A stretch of DNA of 64,000 bases from Gemmatimonadota bacterium (GTDB taxonomy: Bacteria > Gemmatimonadota > Gemmatimonadetes > Gemmatimonadales > GWC2-71-9), in NCBI GenBank assembly GCA_036679645.1, contig JAZDCY010000004.1, forward strand, positions 31,733-95,732. The letters are read 5' to 3'. Shown here one piece after another: positions 11,801 to 18,841 of the stretch (position 1 is its first letter; every line of letters starts with the position of its first letter). Below the pieces are notes generated by a model. The model did no database searches, had not been told where the DNA came from, and saw only the letters and a list, made by a program, of their open reading frames with translations. The position numbers and the translations under genes are program-made.

Positions 11801-12010
11801 CGAACCGGATCCGATGAGTGCACATTGGTCTCCGACAGCAGGCGCAGCGCCTTTGACGTCCGGATGGACACGGGGTTCTCGTCAGAGGTCCGGGGTGGCT
11901 TGAGTTTCTCGTTGATCCAGACAGAACAGCGGCAAACATCGTCCAAGTTCTCGCAGATCGTGCTCACCGTCTTTGCGGAAGTGTTCTTCCTTACGGGGCA
12001 GGTTCGATGA
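5867..12010 (+). CDS. sprA: SprA/Sov-like giant outer-membrane beta-barrel (T9SS translocon homologue)
   Basis: About 2050 aa with a signal peptide. SprA-like blocks: NVDFDSEREF..YYEGLEDEILRRVEVGNVSF, IDYGVGLVTF, DTEDLDGD, WRLYRIP, VWVDDIRL. Beta-strand-rich C-terminus. The start (GTG 5867 or TTG 5861) is inferred. Confidence 0.8.
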   Translation: MSRLGLAVLAIALLWPRVSSAQQLPQDSLPHLVVRLPVALPPLRLLRVALPGGRLGLRSAPGFVAAMWQRELLERIARARRRRLQQPVRPVGVVQAPEEPEPAEPPPGFPPVGAEGPGEGEREDPLDLLSRYADLGLQLRARFEMKMDRLRNERCTAADAANPISGCQGGFPTPTLDQQFSVRAGGIVGRRIHVNVDFDSEREFSANNNINVYYEGLEDEILRRVEVGNVSFNAPASRFIAAAIPANSFGIQAEAQIGAFEFRTIAAQQKGSQIRSRVFTVGETTTQPIDRESRDLDFEAGRFFFVVDPRTLPGFPAVDILNLPGELLAAAERPTDVRVYRLRAQTARSGTNPNLGGIDAVAVRDDSPQRVGPFPWELLVEGQDYFIDPTGVWFAIRTRVGDQDFLAVSYVTVAGDTVGTFPAVNGQGGAVDTLRLIFEPRRGPEVPTFDHEMRNVYRIGGSDIRRRTLELTLLVNESEQPLDGQGTYLSLLGLAKTTDPSTVDEFNRVFPRSRDPNNGAPIRDLFVIFPHLRPFADSARLQPGEQNDSLYRTPTYLLRTQGPPPKFRLRWHYEAVGAGDRATLSLGALQIRDGSEKLFIGNNELVRNRDYQIDYGVGLVTFTNPDSLFRGPTQIRAQFEENQGFDVAPKSIVGLSTTYDLGARGSISAIGFLQRESSLLTRPQLGFEPQSNFIGGLSTRLQFRPDVLTRALDALPLISTRVPSRLSVNGEIAMSRPNPNEAGEAFLEEFEGSAFRPLSLGENAFQLGSRPFSGRGIPATHLSPFGEFADIDAVPLVWQNTIQVGNEILQFAPQAIDSSIVLSGAALDLETVLWLSLKPDTIGGAPDPVTGRPRWFRQHTSGARWRSISQPLGGSGIGVDLSTREFLEFWVLEDVERQAKQENALLVFDFGTVFEDAVAFGPDGFTVAGNDTVFTGFQFIGQGRLDTERDTVTNVFNAALNDIGIHGDLLPTVINSTTGEIITDLPLCELVPGGGLPVFPLGDLGARCTRRNGIPDTEDLDGDTRLDVTVGRGSEDVLRYVFPVGDDRFFVRTGGSITDGRGKRLTWRLYRIPFREDTLQIGTPNIRQVESLRLTVVAPDRGGQEQEFALALARLRLVGAPWLKRAATPIAGISGRVGETHGEVVASVVTTENTDLGYISPPGIGNQANRRGAGFQLGSQQINEKSLRLLARDLRIGERAEAFIRFTDEADKNFLRYGRLRVWARGRGPGWEDQDLEFFIKVGRDEDNFYMYRTPARSVDWEPEVVVDLDRWLLLRAQIESAWLRGEPPSGAAECGGDSTAFVACDGPYIVHVRDPGVSPPNLARVSEIAVGMLRVRQNVFVGRAEVWVDDIRLSDVIGDVGVAGAIDVRLQGADVFDANFAFSTKDDRFQQLGEAPSFVTDASVSAGGTFRLERLIPGGSQSFSLPITIQHVRSSSDPFFLNRTDVRADALVGLRRPRRSSTAYTLSYRRLSRGDSFLETVFVDPFSFTGSIQNADATTELSDAKARNRRFRLDYNNLPRAVTVKGAPGFLVGIVNALPGFVRNSEFGKSLRAARMRVTPFQVRGGAQLINNRTRRFAYRVPVALNSDTAIRPLESINHTLRTDGVVDIRPFNTLALRVSFASTRNLQDYGDATTIGRLLARQRRTFVGQDVGFEQLRQFTTGLTLSPTVASWVRPRFVFTSGFNFSRDPNQRVPVRLGSDSAGEFRLPETLANSRRREIGATVTVGNLVRGVLGDSSFVTRIFRRVQPIDMAVSRALRSVFDRPPFDAGFRYQLAFGGIDDFRRQRGVLATSAAQIDSRTIGGGLSLPLNVTVRANYRNQESSTWSRRGSADQQSQVIQRTREWPAGSVSWTHSPRWFVRKLISILSVNARLSETRTENIQAALDGEGADSRRENRTRTVAPSVTVTWRGGVVTSLQFTRSASDAVTSGNVTKRDTRDWGANMTFAFRPPRSLVRLRNEIRSTLSYNSSLVSVCLVRTGSDECTLVSDSRRSAFDVRMDTGFSSEVRGGLSFSLIQTEQRQTSSKFSQIVLTVFAEVFFLTGQVR

Positions 12011-12909
12011 AGCGACAGCTCTCTCTCCTCGGCGTCGCCGTTTTGGGCGCCTGCGGCGCTGGGCGCGGTCCGCAGACAGCCTTCGACGGCGAAGCGGCCT
12101 ACGGGTACGTCCAGCAGCAGGTTGCCTTCGGGCCGCGCGTCCCGAATACGAGTGCCCACGAGCGCACCGGTGACTGGATCCTGAATCACCTGCGCGGGAC
12201 CGTGGACTCGGTGGAAGTGCAGGCCTTTGAGCACGTCACGCAGGACGGAGATACGCTGCACCTGCGAAATCTCATTGGCCGGTTCCGACCGGATGAGACG
12301 GCTCGTGTGTTGTTCGTGGCACACTGGGACACGCGACCCATGTCGGACCAGGCGCCCAACCTCGGCGATCAGCGGACCCCGGTTCCTGGGGCCAACGACG
12401 GTGCCTCTGGCGTAGCCGTTCTCCTGGGTGTGGCGGATGTACTTGCCCAGACGGCCCCGGCCTTCGGTGTGGACTTGCTCTTTGTGGACGGAGAGGACTA
12501 CAGCGATTTTTCCGGGCCGGATGTACTGATTGGGTCGCGGTACTACGCGTCGGGAGCCGACCCAACCCGCCTCCCGCTGTTTGCCGTGGTGTGGGACATG
12601 ATCGGAGATGCCGATCTCGAGATCTCCCAGGAGGCGAACTCCGTCAACCTGGCGCCCGAGGTCGTGAACCGCGTTTGGGCGACTGCCCAGCGGCTCGGAT
12701 ACGGCGACATATTTGTGCACCGGGTTGGGACGCCGATTACCGACGACCACATGCCCCTCCTCGAGGTCGGCATTCGCGCCATCGACGTCATCGACTTCCG
12801 CTACGGACCGTCAAACAGATACTGGCACACGCCTCAGGACACTCCCGACAAAGTCAGCGCGGCAAGCCTGCAGGTGATCGGTGACGTGGCGGTCGCTCTG
12901 GTGATGTAG
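12007..12909 (+). CDS. M28-family lipoprotein, probable glutaminyl-peptide cyclotransferase
   Basis: Lipobox VLGAC. GPRVPN, AHWDTRP, GANDGASG, DGED, DMIG, DDH and WHT motifs. ATGA-coupled to sprA. Confidence 0.75.
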   Translation: MKRQLSLLGVAVLGACGAGRGPQTAFDGEAAYGYVQQQVAFGPRVPNTSAHERTGDWILNHLRGTVDSVEVQAFEHVTQDGDTLHLRNLIGRFRPDETARVLFVAHWDTRPMSDQAPNLGDQRTPVPGANDGASGVAVLLGVADVLAQTAPAFGVDLLFVDGEDYSDFSGPDVLIGSRYYASGADPTRLPLFAVVWDMIGDADLEISQEANSVNLAPEVVNRVWATAQRLGYGDIFVHRVGTPITDDHMPLLEVGIRAIDVIDFRYGPSNRYWHTPQDTPDKVSAASLQVIGDVAVALVM

Positions 12910-13006
12910 CGGGGGGCGGGGGACCGCAATTCCCTTCGTCATTTCGGTCGTATCCGTAGAGAAAATGATGACGTAGCAGTCGGTGTCACGTGCCAACATT
13001 CCCAAC

Positions 13007-13621
13007 ATGGCCACAACCGACGACCGTCGTGCCGCGGGCGTCCTCCTGGCGCTCGCCATAGCCGGGCTCCTGGTCCGTATCGTGACTGGCGACACGGCTC
13101 CTCCGGGCGCAATCGGGTATCGTCCGGCCGCCGCGGCGCGGCCCCAGGCTGACTCGCTGGCCTCCCGCGCGGGGCGGCTGCTGCGACCGCTGCGTCCCGG
13201 TGAAAAGGTCGATGTCGATGTGGCTCGTGCTGAAGAACTCGCGCGTCTACCGCGCATAGGTGCGGGCCTCGCGGCCCGAATCGTCGCCGATCGGGAGGCT
13301 AACGGGCCTTTCGGGAGCCTGGAAGGCCTCGGGCGAGTACCCGGGATCGGCGGTCGGAGCCTGGAGGTGCTGCGGCCAAAGGTCGCGTTTTCCAGGCGGG
13401 TGCGGCGGCAGACGCCGGATCGTCCCGCACGGGTCCGCGTGAATGTCGCGACCGCGGTGGAGCTGGAAAGGCTGCCGGGTATCGGCCCGGCGCTGGCGGC
13501 GGCGATCGTAGACGAGCGAACGCGGAACGGTCCGTTCCGGCGCCCAGATGATCTGGCGCGGGTGCGTGGAATAGGGGCTCGATTGGTTGCGAGGTTGCGA
13601 GGGCGTATCCTCCTACCTTGA
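13007..13621 (+). CDS. comEA: ComEA-family helix-hairpin-helix DNA-binding protein (two HhH domains)
   Basis: N-terminal TM segment and two (V)DV/NVA..EL.RLP.IG..LA..IV..R..NGPF repeats. Confidence 0.85.
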   Translation: MATTDDRRAAGVLLALAIAGLLVRIVTGDTAPPGAIGYRPAAAARPQADSLASRAGRLLRPLRPGEKVDVDVARAEELARLPRIGAGLAARIVADREANGPFGSLEGLGRVPGIGGRSLEVLRPKVAFSRRVRRQTPDRPARVRVNVATAVELERLPGIGPALAAAIVDERTRNGPFRRPDDLARVRGIGARLVARLRGRILLP

Positions 13622-13645
13622 CACAACCTAGGGGTCCCCTACTTT
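13618..13645 (+). promoter_or_regulatory. Putative sigma70 promoter for pilB-pilT-pilC
   Basis: TTGACA-16 nt-TACTTT, 35 nt upstream of the pilB ATG. Confidence 0.45.
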
Positions 13646-13679
13646 ACCGAAACGCCTCTCAAATTCCTCCCTGGTGGCT

Positions 13680-15386
13680 ATGGCAACAGCGGCTGCAAGC
13701 TCGGTGCGGTTGGGTGATCTTCTTCAACGCGAAGGTCTCATCACCCGTGATCAACTGAATCAGGCACTCACCGAACAGCGCAACACCGGCATGCGGCTGG
13801 GCTACTGCCTGGTCAAGTTGGGGTTCGTCCAGGAGACGGAGATCACCAAGGCGCTGGCACGCCAGTACCGTATGCCCGCCGTTGACCTCTCCCGTTTCGA
13901 GGTCGACACCAAGATTGTGAAGCTCGTGCCGGCGGAAGTCGCGGTGAAGCACATGGTCCTCCCCCTGAAGCGCGAGGGCCGGACGCTCACCGTCGCCATG
14001 GCCGATCCCACCAACGTCGGCGCGGTGGACGATCTCAAGTTCATCACCCGGTACGACATTTTCCCGGTCATCGCGGGCGAGTACACGCTCCGCTCCGCCA
14101 TCGAGCGATACTACGAGCAGACCGACGCGCAACTGCAGAGCCTGCTCAAGGACATGGAGGAGGAAGATGAACTCGAGATCGTCGAGGAAGAGGAAGACGA
14201 ACAGCCGGTCCAGCTCGGTGACGATGCGCCGGTAGTGAAGCTCATCAACGGTATCCTCTCCGATGCCGTGAAGCGCGGGGCAAGCGATATCCATATTGAG
14301 CCGTTCGAGCACGAAATGCGGGTCCGGTATCGCATCGATGGTGCCCTGCTGGAGGTCATGAAGCCGCCGGTGAAGCTCAAGGCTGCCCTCATCAGTCGTG
14401 TGAAGATCATGTCGGCGCTCAACATCGCGGAGCGGCGCGTGCCGCAGGACGGGCGCATCAAGTTGAAGATGGGGAAACGCGTCATCGATTTCCGGGTGTC
14501 CACGCTTCCCGTTATTTACGGCGAGAAGATCGTGCTCCGAATCCTCGACAAGTCGAACCTGACCCTCGATCTGACGAAGTTCGGTTTTGAGCCGCAGGCG
14601 GAGAAAGATCTGATGAAGGCCATCCTGAACCCGTACGGCATGGTGCTCGTCACCGGGCCAACGGGGTCGGGGAAGACCACGACGCTGTATTCCGCGCTCC
14701 AGCGGATCAACACCATTGAGGTCAACATCATGACAGCGGAAGATCCGGTGGAGTACAACCTCCACGGGATCAACCAGGTGTTGGTGCGCAATGAGATCGG
14801 GATGACGTTCGCGGCAGCCCTCAAAGCGTTCCTGCGGCAGGATCCGAACATCATCATGGTCGGGGAGATTCGAGATATCGAGACGGGCAGCATTGCCATC
14901 AAGGCGGCCCTGACCGGTCACCTTGTCTTATCGACGCTCCATACCAACGATGCGCCGTCCACGGTCACCCGTATGATCGACATGGGGATCGAGCCGTTCA
15001 ACGTGGCGAGTGCCGTGAATCTCATCGTCGCGCAACGGCTGATACGGCGCATCTGCAGCGATTGCAAGGCCGAACACAAGTATACCGACGAAGAACTGGC
15101 CGCACTCGGCGCGAACACGAAGGAGTTCGAGGGGATTACCTTCTACAAGGGTACCGGATGCGATACGTGCGGTGATAGCGGGTATCGTGGGCGGGCGGGG
15201 CTGTACGAGGTGATGTCGTTGTCTGCGGAACTCCGGCGACTGATCTTGCGCGGTGGGTCCACCGCGGAAATGACCGAGCAGGCGGTGAGCGATGGCATGC
15301 TCACGCTCCGAATGGACGGCTTGGTGAAAATCAAGAAGGGTGTGACAACTCTCGAGGAAGTCGTCAAGGAGACGGCGGCGGGGTAA
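13680..15386 (+). CDS. pilB: Type IV pilus assembly ATPase PilB
   Basis: MshEN-like N-terminus (RLGDLL..GLI, RLG..LV..G), ASDIHIEP, GPTGSGKT, AEDPVEY, RQDPNIIMVGEIRD, and a Cys4 zinc site. Confidence 0.96.
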   Translation: MATAAASSVRLGDLLQREGLITRDQLNQALTEQRNTGMRLGYCLVKLGFVQETEITKALARQYRMPAVDLSRFEVDTKIVKLVPAEVAVKHMVLPLKREGRTLTVAMADPTNVGAVDDLKFITRYDIFPVIAGEYTLRSAIERYYEQTDAQLQSLLKDMEEEDELEIVEEEEDEQPVQLGDDAPVVKLINGILSDAVKRGASDIHIEPFEHEMRVRYRIDGALLEVMKPPVKLKAALISRVKIMSALNIAERRVPQDGRIKLKMGKRVIDFRVSTLPVIYGEKIVLRILDKSNLTLDLTKFGFEPQAEKDLMKAILNPYGMVLVTGPTGSGKTTTLYSALQRINTIEVNIMTAEDPVEYNLHGINQVLVRNEIGMTFAAALKAFLRQDPNIIMVGEIRDIETGSIAIKAALTGHLVLSTLHTNDAPSTVTRMIDMGIEPFNVASAVNLIVAQRLIRRICSDCKAEHKYTDEELAALGANTKEFEGITFYKGTGCDTCGDSGYRGRAGLYEVMSLSAELRRLILRGGSTAEMTEQAVSDGMLTLRMDGLVKIKKGVTTLEEVVKETAAG

Positions 15387-15393
15387 GAACTGA

Positions 15394-16536
15394 ATGACCA
15401 CTCCAGGAGCCGAGGCCGCAGGTCAGGCCATCAATCTACGTTCGCTGCTCGAGGAAATGATCGAGCGCGACGCATCTGATTTGCACATTACGGCCGGCGA
15501 ACGGCCCAAATTCCGCATAGATGGCCAGATTACCAACTCGAAGGTCGAGCACCAGCTCAATCCCAAGGAGACGCTGCAACTCGCGTATTCGGTGCTCACC
15601 GAGAACCAGAAGAAACGGTTCGAGACCGAAGACGAGTTGGACTTCTCGTTCGGGATCCAGAACCTCGCCCGCTTCCGCGGCAACGTGTTCAAGCAGCGCG
15701 GCTGCGTGTCGATGGTGATTCGACAGATCCCGTTCTCGGTGAAGACTTTCGACGAGTTGGGGCTGCCGCATGTGCTCGCGGAGCTGTCGAACCGGCCGCG
15801 CGGCCTCGTCCTCGTCACGGGCCCCACGGGATCGGGGAAGTCCACGACGCTCGCCGCGATGATCGACAAGATCAACAAGGAACGGAAAGGGCACATCATC
15901 ACGGTGGAAGATCCCATCGAGTTCATCCACCGGCACCAGGGATGCATCGTCAACCAGCGGGAGATCGGGACCGACACCCATTCGTTCAGCAACGCGCTGA
16001 AATACGCCCTGCGGCAGGATCCGGATGTCGTGCTCATTGGCGAGATGCGGGACCTGGAGACGATTTCCTCCGCGCTGACCATTGCCGAGACGGGACACCT
16101 CGCCTTCGCGACGCTCCATACGAACTCGGCAGCAGAGTCGATCAATAGAATCATCGACGTGTTCCCGGCGCATCAGCAGTCTCAGGTCCGCGCGCAACTT
16201 GCATTCGTGCTCGAGGGTGTGGTCACACAGATCTTGCTCCAAAAGGCGTCCGGCAAGGGTCGGCAGATGGCGTCGGAGATCATGGTGGCGACGCCGGCTA
16301 TCCGCGCCCTGATCCGCGACGACAAGGTCCACCAGATCTACTCGGCAATGCAGGCGGGGAAGAAGCACGGCATGCAGACGCTGGCCGATTCGTTGTATAC
16401 GTTGTACATGTCGCGCGAGGTGGCACTCGAGGAGTGTCTGCGTGTCGCGCCCGACCAGAACGAATTTCTCCGCATGGTCGGCGAACTGCCCGAAAAAGAC
16501 AAGGGCGGTCGCCAAGCCATGGCGGGACGCCGCTAA
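15394..16536 (+). CDS. pilT: Type IV pilus retraction ATPase PilT
   Basis: ASDLHI, GPTGSGKST, EDPIEF, LRQDPDVVLIGEMRD, AIRALIRD (AIRNLIRE-like) and GMQT. Confidence 0.96.
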   Translation: MTTPGAEAAGQAINLRSLLEEMIERDASDLHITAGERPKFRIDGQITNSKVEHQLNPKETLQLAYSVLTENQKKRFETEDELDFSFGIQNLARFRGNVFKQRGCVSMVIRQIPFSVKTFDELGLPHVLAELSNRPRGLVLVTGPTGSGKSTTLAAMIDKINKERKGHIITVEDPIEFIHRHQGCIVNQREIGTDTHSFSNALKYALRQDPDVVLIGEMRDLETISSALTIAETGHLAFATLHTNSAAESINRIIDVFPAHQQSQVRAQLAFVLEGVVTQILLQKASGKGRQMASEIMVATPAIRALIRDDKVHQIYSAMQAGKKHGMQTLADSLYTLYMSREVALEECLRVAPDQNEFLRMVGELPEKDKGGRQAMAGRR

Positions 16537-16554
16537 CCGCGAGGGAGACGCCGG

Positions 16555-17745
16555 ATGCCCACCTTCGAGTACACGGCTCGGACCCAACAGGGCGAAGAGA
16601 CCACCGGGACGATGGATGCGGCGTCCCGAGACGAAGTCGTATCGGAACTTCGCAAGAGGCGCATGGTGCTGGTCCGCCTGCGCGAAGCGAAGAAGACCAA
16701 GCGGCGCGGCCGTGTCCCGACCCGCGACATCGTCATCTTCACTCGCCAGTTCGCGACGATGATCAATTCCGGGCTCCCGCTCGTGCAGGCTCTCGACATC
16801 CTCGCGCAGCAAACGGACAACAAGATCCTATCGGAAGTCACTAAGGAGGTCGTGTATGACGTCGAGAGCGGAAATACGCTGGCAGACGCGCTCTCGAAAC
16901 ACAAGAACGCCTTTACCGATCTCTTTGTGAACATGGTGGCGGCTGGTGAGGCCGGCGGTATCCTCGATACGATCCTGCTCCGCCTGGCGACCTTCCTCGA
17001 GAAAAACGACGCCATCGTCCGGAAGGTGAAGGGCGCGATGATCTACCCGACCGTGATCTTCTCGGTCGCCGGTATCGCGGTCGTGGTCCTCCTGGTGTTC
17101 GTCATCCCTACCTTTCAGCAGATGTTTGCGTCGGTGAACATGGAGCTGCCCATCCCGACCAAGATCGTCATCGCGATGAGCGAGTTTCTCCAGGGCTATT
17201 GGTGGGCCCTCATCGTCGGCGGTGTTGCGGGCGCGTGGGCCCTCCGGCAGTACTACGCCACCGATGGCGGCAAGCTGGTCATCGATCGACTCATGTTGAG
17301 CGCGCCGGTCCTCGGCGACCTCCTGCGAAAGTCAGCGGTGTCGCGGTTTACGCGTACGCTGGGCACGCTGATTTCGTCGGGTGTCTCCATTCTCGACGGG
17401 CTGGAGATTACCGCCCGAACGGCGGGCAACCGTGTCATTCACGACGCGGTCATGGAATCCCGCGGTTCCATCGCGGGCGGTGAGACGATCGCGTCACCGC
17501 TGCAGAAATCCGGCGTGTTCCCACCTATGGTCACTTCGATGATCGCCGTCGGCGAGGCCACGGGCGGGCTCGACGAGATGCTGACGAAGATTGCCGACTT
17601 TTACGATGACGAGGTGGACGCGGCGGTGGGCGCCCTGCTGTCGCTCATGGAGCCCATCATGATCGTCGTGCTGGGTGTGATCGTTGGCGGCATGATCGTG
17701 GCCATGTACCTGCCGATCTTCGGCATGATCAACGCCGTGCAATAA
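16555..17745 (+). CDS. pilC: Type IV pilus platform protein PilC (GspF family)
   Basis: FTRQFATMINSGLPL, AGEAGG, AMIYP, VGEATGGLDEML, EP..IV, MYLP. Confidence 0.95.
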   Translation: MPTFEYTARTQQGEETTGTMDAASRDEVVSELRKRRMVLVRLREAKKTKRRGRVPTRDIVIFTRQFATMINSGLPLVQALDILAQQTDNKILSEVTKEVVYDVESGNTLADALSKHKNAFTDLFVNMVAAGEAGGILDTILLRLATFLEKNDAIVRKVKGAMIYPTVIFSVAGIAVVVLLVFVIPTFQQMFASVNMELPIPTKIVIAMSEFLQGYWWALIVGGVAGAWALRQYYATDGGKLVIDRLMLSAPVLGDLLRKSAVSRFTRTLGTLISSGVSILDGLEITARTAGNRVIHDAVMESRGSIAGGETIASPLQKSGVFPPMVTSMIAVGEATGGLDEMLTKIADFYDDEVDAAVGALLSLMEPIMIVVLGVIVGGMIVAMYLPIFGMINAVQ

Positions 17746-17842
17746 GACGCTCAGACACATAGACGCTCAGACGCTCAGGGGTGCACTTCGAACACCTCTG
17801 AGCGTTTGTGAATCTGAGCAACTGAGCGTCTGAGCAATTGAG
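17745..17842. repeat. Imperfect inverted repeat built from tandem 8-nt units (AGACGCTC / GAGCGTCT)
   Basis: AGACGCTC AGACACAT AGACGCTC AGACGCTC AGGGGTG-loop-CACCTCT GAGCGTTT GTGAATCT GAGCAACT GAGCGTCT GAGC. Fills the pilC-msrB gap. Confidence 0.85.
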
Positions 17843-18262
17843 ATGACCAAGATCGAGAAATCGGAAGCCGAGTGGGCTCGGCAGCTCACGCCCGAGCAGT
17901 ATCATGTGACCCGTGAGAAGGGAACGGAACGCCCGTTCGCCGGTGCGTACTGCAGCGAGAAGGCGGCCGGGACGTATCGGTGTGTCTGCTGTGGCGCGGC
18001 TCTGTTCCGGTCCGACGCCAAGTACGAATCGGGGACCGGATGGCCCAGCTTCTACGAGCCAGAGGACGGGGCATCGGTGACGACGGAACCGGATGGCACT
18101 CTAGGCATGCACCGTACCGAGGTGCTCTGCGCTTGGTGCGATGCGCACCTGGGACACGTCTTTCCGGACGGGCCGCATCCGACGGGATTGCGGTACTGCA
18201 TCAACTCAGCCGCACTCAACTTGGATAGGCTGGACGAAAGAAAGGACGAGGGAGAACGATGA
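17843..18262 (+). CDS. msrB: Peptide-methionine (R)-S-oxide reductase
   Basis: GTERPF, Cx[26 protein letters not shown]. Confidence 0.96.
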   Translation: MTKIEKSEAEWARQLTPEQYHVTREKGTERPFAGAYCSEKAAGTYRCVCCGAALFRSDAKYESGTGWPSFYEPEDGASVTTEPDGTLGMHRTEVLCAWCDAHLGHVFPDGPHPTGLRYCINSAALNLDRLDERKDEGER

Positions 18263-18750
18263 CGACGGTCGAGCTGTCCACTACGCTCGGGGATTTCACC
18301 ATCGAGCTGTTCGACGCCGCCGCGCCGATCACCGTGGAGAACTTCCTGACCTATGTCGATGACGGGTTTTTCGATGGCACGATCTTCCACCGCGTGATCT
18401 CGGGGTTCATGGTGCAAGGAGGGGGGTTCATCGAGGGAATGAAGGAGAAACCATCCCGTTCTCCAATCAAGAACGAGGCGAAAAATGGCCGGAAGAACGA
18501 GCGAGGCACGCTCGCCATGGCGCGAACCCAGGATGTCGACAGCGCGACCGCCCAGTTCTTCGTCAACCTGGCCGACAATGTTTTTCTCGATCACGGGAGC
18601 CGTGACTTCGGGTATGCGGTCTTCGGCCGCGTCTCCGAGGGCATGGAGGTCGTCGATGCGATCGCCGGGGTGAAAACCGGCCGGAGCGGAGGTCATGACG
18701 GCGTACCGGTCGCGGCAGTGGTCATCCAGTCGGCCAAACGAGCGACCTGA
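18259..18750 (+). CDS. ppiB: Cyclophilin-type peptidyl-prolyl isomerase
   Basis: [41 protein letters not shown]. Confidence 0.93.
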   Translation: MTTVELSTTLGDFTIELFDAAAPITVENFLTYVDDGFFDGTIFHRVISGFMVQGGGFIEGMKEKPSRSPIKNEAKNGRKNERGTLAMARTQDVDSATAQFFVNLADNVFLDHGSRDFGYAVFGRVSEGMEVVDAIAGVKTGRSGGHDGVPVAAVVIQSAKRAT

Positions 18751-18771
18751 CCCGCGCCACGAGGCCAAGAC

Positions 18772-18802
18772 GACGCGGCGCGGTCGGTCAGCGCCGCGTT
18801 TT
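18772..18802 (+). terminator. Putative intrinsic terminator
   Basis: GACGCGGCGC / GCGCCGCGTT stem running into TTTT. Confidence 0.6.
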
Positions 18803-18834
18803 CTATTGCACTTTGCAATAGCGTATCCGATACT
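18803..18834 (+). promoter_or_regulatory. Palindromic operator overlapping the putative pilS promoter
   Basis: CTATTGCA-CTT-TGCAATAG perfect 8-bp inverted repeat. TTGCAC-17 nt-GATACT. Confidence 0.45.
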
Positions 18835-18841
18835 TCGAGGC

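Noticed and set aside
17745..17842. CRISPR array
   Set aside because: Units are 8 nt with no unique spacers, and there are no cas genes.
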